Positions 17,443 through 20,000 of a stretch of 20,000 nt of DNA are shown in pieces. The translations under genes and the position numbers were made by a program. The notes below the pieces were generated by a model. The model saw only the letters and a program-made list of their open reading frames with translations. It was not told the origin of the DNA and searched no databases. The stretch lies in the sequence record SRR2962707_2599; one strand, 5' to 3'. Position 1 is the stretch's first letter. Each line of letters begins with the position of its first letter.

Positions 17443-18284
17443 GCATTCTTGTTTTTGGCAAAACCGGGCAGGTGGCCAGCGAACTTCAACGCCAGGCTGA
17501 TGTGGTGGCTTTGGGGCGCGATCAGGCGGATCTGTCTGACCCCGCGGCTTGTGCGGCAGCAATCCTGGGGTATCGCCCGGATGTGGTGATCAATGCGGCG
17601 GCCTATACGGCGGTAGACCGGGCCGAAGAGGAATGCGCCCTGGCGCAAACCATCAATGGGGACAGCCCGGGCGCGATGGCGCGGGCGTGTGCCGCGTTGG
17701 GCATTCCCTTCCTGCATATCTCTACCGACTATGTCTTTGAAGGCGGTGGCACAGAGGCCTGGCAGGAAACAGACCCTGTTTCTCCTCAAAACGCCTATGG
17801 ACGCAGCAAGCTGGCAGGTGAAGCTCAGGTGCAGGCGGCAGGGGGCAACTGGGCTGTTCTGCGCACGGCTTGGGTGTTTTCGGCCCATGGTGCCAACTTT
17901 GTGAAAACCATGCTTCGCTTGTCTGAAACCCGCGACGCTCTGGGCGTTGTGGAAGATCAGATCGGGGGGCCGACTCCTGCAGCAGATATTGCTGCGACGC
18001 TGCTGCGCATGGCCCATGCCATGATCGAGGGCCAACCTGGCGGGCTTTATCACTATGGCGGAACACCCGCCGTGAGCTGGGCCGATTTCGCGCGCGAAAC
18101 ATTTGCACAGGCTGGACGATCCGTGGCGGTGACGGGTATTCCGTCCTCTGACTATCCAACCCCGGCAAAGCGGCCGCTGAATTCCCGACTTGATTGCGCC
18201 AAACTGACGACAGATTTCGCCATTACGCCCCCAGATTGGAAGGCCGGGCTGGCCTTGGTATTGAACGAGTTGAAGGTGACATGA
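17439..18284 (+). CDS. rmlD: dTDP-4-dehydrorhamnose reductase
   Basis: GKTGQV, NAAAYTAVDRAE, HISTDYVF, YGRSK, DQIGGPT and YPTPAKRPLNSRLD motifs. SD AAGGAG upstream. Confidence 0.96.
   Translation: MSILVFGKTGQVASELQRQADVVALGRDQADLSDPAACAAAILGYRPDVVINAAAYTAVDRAEEECALAQTINGDSPGAMARACAALGIPFLHISTDYVFEGGGTEAWQETDPVSPQNAYGRSKLAGEAQVQAAGGNWAVLRTAWVFSAHGANFVKTMLRLSETRDALGVVEDQIGGPTPAADIAATLLRMAHAMIEGQPGGLYHYGGTPAVSWADFARETFAQAGRSVAVTGIPSSDYPTPAKRPLNSRLDCAKLTTDFAITPPDWKAGLALVLNELKVT
18086..18101. repeat. Second copy of the parS-like sequence, inside rmlD
   Basis: TTTCGCGCGCGAAACA is identical over 16 bp to 11166-11181. Confidence 0.55.
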
Positions 18285-19153
18285 CACAGCGCAAGGGCAT
18301 CATTTTAGCCGGCGGTTCCGGCACGCGATTGTATCCGATCACCATGGGGGTCTCAAAACAACTGCTCCCGGTTTATGACAAGCCAATGATCTATTATCCG
18401 CTGTCGGCCCTGATGCTGGCCGGCATTCGCGAAATCGCGATCATCACAACGCCGCAAGACCAGGAACAGTTCCAGCGTTTGCTGGGGAAGGGCGATCAGT
18501 GGGGGCTTAGTTTTACCTATATCATTCAGCCTGAACCCGAAGGTCTGGCCCAAGCCTATCTTCTGGCCGCGGCATTTCTGGACGGTGCGCCCAGTGCAAT
18601 GGTTTTGGGCGACAACATCTTTTTTGGTCAAGGTCTGCCTGATCTGTTGGCGCAGGCAGATTCGCAGGAAACCGGTGGTACGGTCTTTGGCTATCGTGTC
18701 GCCGATCCAGAACGCTATGGCGTGGTGGATTTCGCCGCAGATGGCACTGTTTCTCAGATTATCGAAAAACCCAAAATAGCCCCATCACGCTATGCGGTGA
18801 CGGGGTTGTATTTTCTGGATGGCACTGCTCCGCAACGGGCCGCCCAAGTTCAAAAATCAGAGCGCGGAGAATTAGAGATCACCACGCTTTTGGAAATGTA
18901 TCTGACCGATGGGCAATTGCAGGTGCAACAGATGGGCCGCGGTTATGCTTGGCTTGATACTGGCACGCACGGTAGCCTGTTGGATGCCGGTAATTTTGTG
19001 CGTACCTTATCTGAGCGTCAGGGCCAACAAATCGGCAGTCCGGATGAAATAGCCTACGAACAAGGGTGGATCTGTGCAGAAGGCTTGCGCAAGCGGGCCA
19101 AGATGTTTGGAAAAAACCAGTATGGGGATTATCTCTTGCGCTTGCTTGACTAG
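18281..19153 (+). CDS. rmlA: Glucose-1-phosphate thymidylyltransferase
   Basis: KGIILAGGSGTRLYP, SKQLLPVYDKPMIYY, LGDN, EKP, RGELEIT and WLDTGT motifs. The true start ATG 18281 overlaps the rmlD stop (ATGA). Confidence 0.97.
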   Translation: MTQRKGIILAGGSGTRLYPITMGVSKQLLPVYDKPMIYYPLSALMLAGIREIAIITTPQDQEQFQRLLGKGDQWGLSFTYIIQPEPEGLAQAYLLAAAFLDGAPSAMVLGDNIFFGQGLPDLLAQADSQETGGTVFGYRVADPERYGVVDFAADGTVSQIIEKPKIAPSRYAVTGLYFLDGTAPQRAAQVQKSERGELEITTLLEMYLTDGQLQVQQMGRGYAWLDTGTHGSLLDAGNFVRTLSERQGQQIGSPDEIAYEQGWICAEGLRKRAKMFGKNQYGDYLLRLLD

Positions 19154-19230
19154 CAAAAGACATTTGAGGATAGCCGTCATGGCAATGGCGGATGGGCAGC
19201 GCCCAGGCTATGAGGAAAGAGGAGCAGGAT

Positions 19231-20000
19231 TTGACAAATGTATTGGTAACTGGTGGTGCCGGATATATTGGAAGCCATGCCTGTAAAGCGTTAAAAGCTG
19301 CAGGCTACACCCCTGTAACCTATGATAACCTGATCACAGGCTGGGAAGATGCCGTCAAATTTGGCCCCTTCGAAAAAGGTGATCTGCTGGACCGGGCCCG
19401 ATTGGATCAGGTCTTTGCCCAATACGCTCCGGTTGCGGTTGTGCATTTTGCCGCCCTCAGTCAGGTGGGTGAGGCCATGTCGGAACCCGGCAAATACTGG
19501 CGCAATAATGTCGAAGGGTCACTGACGCTGATCGAAGCGGCCTGTGCGGCGGGCTGTCTGAACTTTGTCTTCTCCTCGACCTGCGCCACCTATGGCGAAC
19601 ATGACAATGTGGTGCTGGACGAGTCCACGCCGCAGCATCCGCTGAATGCCTATGGCGCCTCAAAGCGGGCCATCGAAGACATCTTACGTGATTTCGAAGC
19701 CGCCTATGGGTTGCGCAGTGTGATCTTCCGCTATTTCAACGTGGCCGGCGCGGACCCTGACAGCGAAGTAGGCGAACATCACCGCCCCGAGACGCATCTG
19801 GTTCCTGTGATGCTTGAGGCCATCGACGGCACACGTCCTGCCCTCACCATCCATGGCACAGATTATGATACGCCGGATGGCACCTGTATCCGCGACTATG
19901 TCCATGTCTGTGATCTGGTCGATGCCCATGTGCTGGGCCTGAAATGGCTCGAGGCCGATAAGGGCAGCCAGGTGTTCAACCTGGGCACGGGCACGGGGTT
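19231..20000 (+). CDS. galE: UDP-glucose 4-epimerase (partial, runs off the window)
   Basis: Not in the ORF track. Translation from TTG 19231 (SD GAGGAG upstream) gives MTNVLVTGGAGYIGSH...HFAA...FSSTCATYG...YGASK...RYFNVAGADP...PETHL...YDTPDGTCIRDYVHV...FNLGTGTG. Confidence 0.95.
   Translation, partial: MTNVLVTGGAGYIGSHACKALKAAGYTPVTYDNLITGWEDAVKFGPFEKGDLLDRARLDQVFAQYAPVAVVHFAALSQVGEAMSEPGKYWRNNVEGSLTLIEAACAAGCLNFVFSSTCATYGEHDNVVLDESTPQHPLNAYGASKRAIEDILRDFEAAYGLRSVIFRYFNVAGADPDSEVGEHHRPETHLVPVMLEAIDGTRPALTIHGTDYDTPDGTCIRDYVHVCDLVDAHVLGLKWLEADKGSQVFNLGTGTG

Noticed and set aside
17343-18287. 314-aa antisense ORF opposite rmlD, and the many other short overlapping ORFs in the track
   Set aside because: These are shadow frames of confidently identified genes, with no SD or family motifs.

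Overview
This window is the core of an alphaproteobacterial extrachromosomal replicon, most likely Rhodobacteraceae/Roseobacter group (inferred from gene content). A parB-parA / origin / repA module (RPA-family initiator, three 22-bp-period iterons, a perfect DnaA box, an AT-rich tract and a parS-like palindrome) sits in the middle of a surface-polysaccharide locus. To its left are two glycosyltransferases, an ABC capsule exporter (kpsM, kpsE, kpsT) and two RTX-type secreted proteins that share a colinear DUF4214-repeat block but have different N-terminal heads (CAP domain; beta-propeller). To its right are rmlC-rmlB-(inserted membrane hydrolase)-rmlD-rmlA and a partial galE. The layout matches the known roseobacter RepA-type 'biofilm plasmids' with a rhamnose operon. 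The most interesting observations are a possible glycan-anchored protein display system (DUF4214 passengers beside the polysaccharide genes), a second parS-like site inside rmlD, GANTC sites in every iteron, a hydrolase gene inserted at the rmlB/rmlD junction with a translational-relay mini-ORF, and a C9 tract at the 5' end of a glycosyltransferase. All family calls come from motif recognition by eye; no searches were run.
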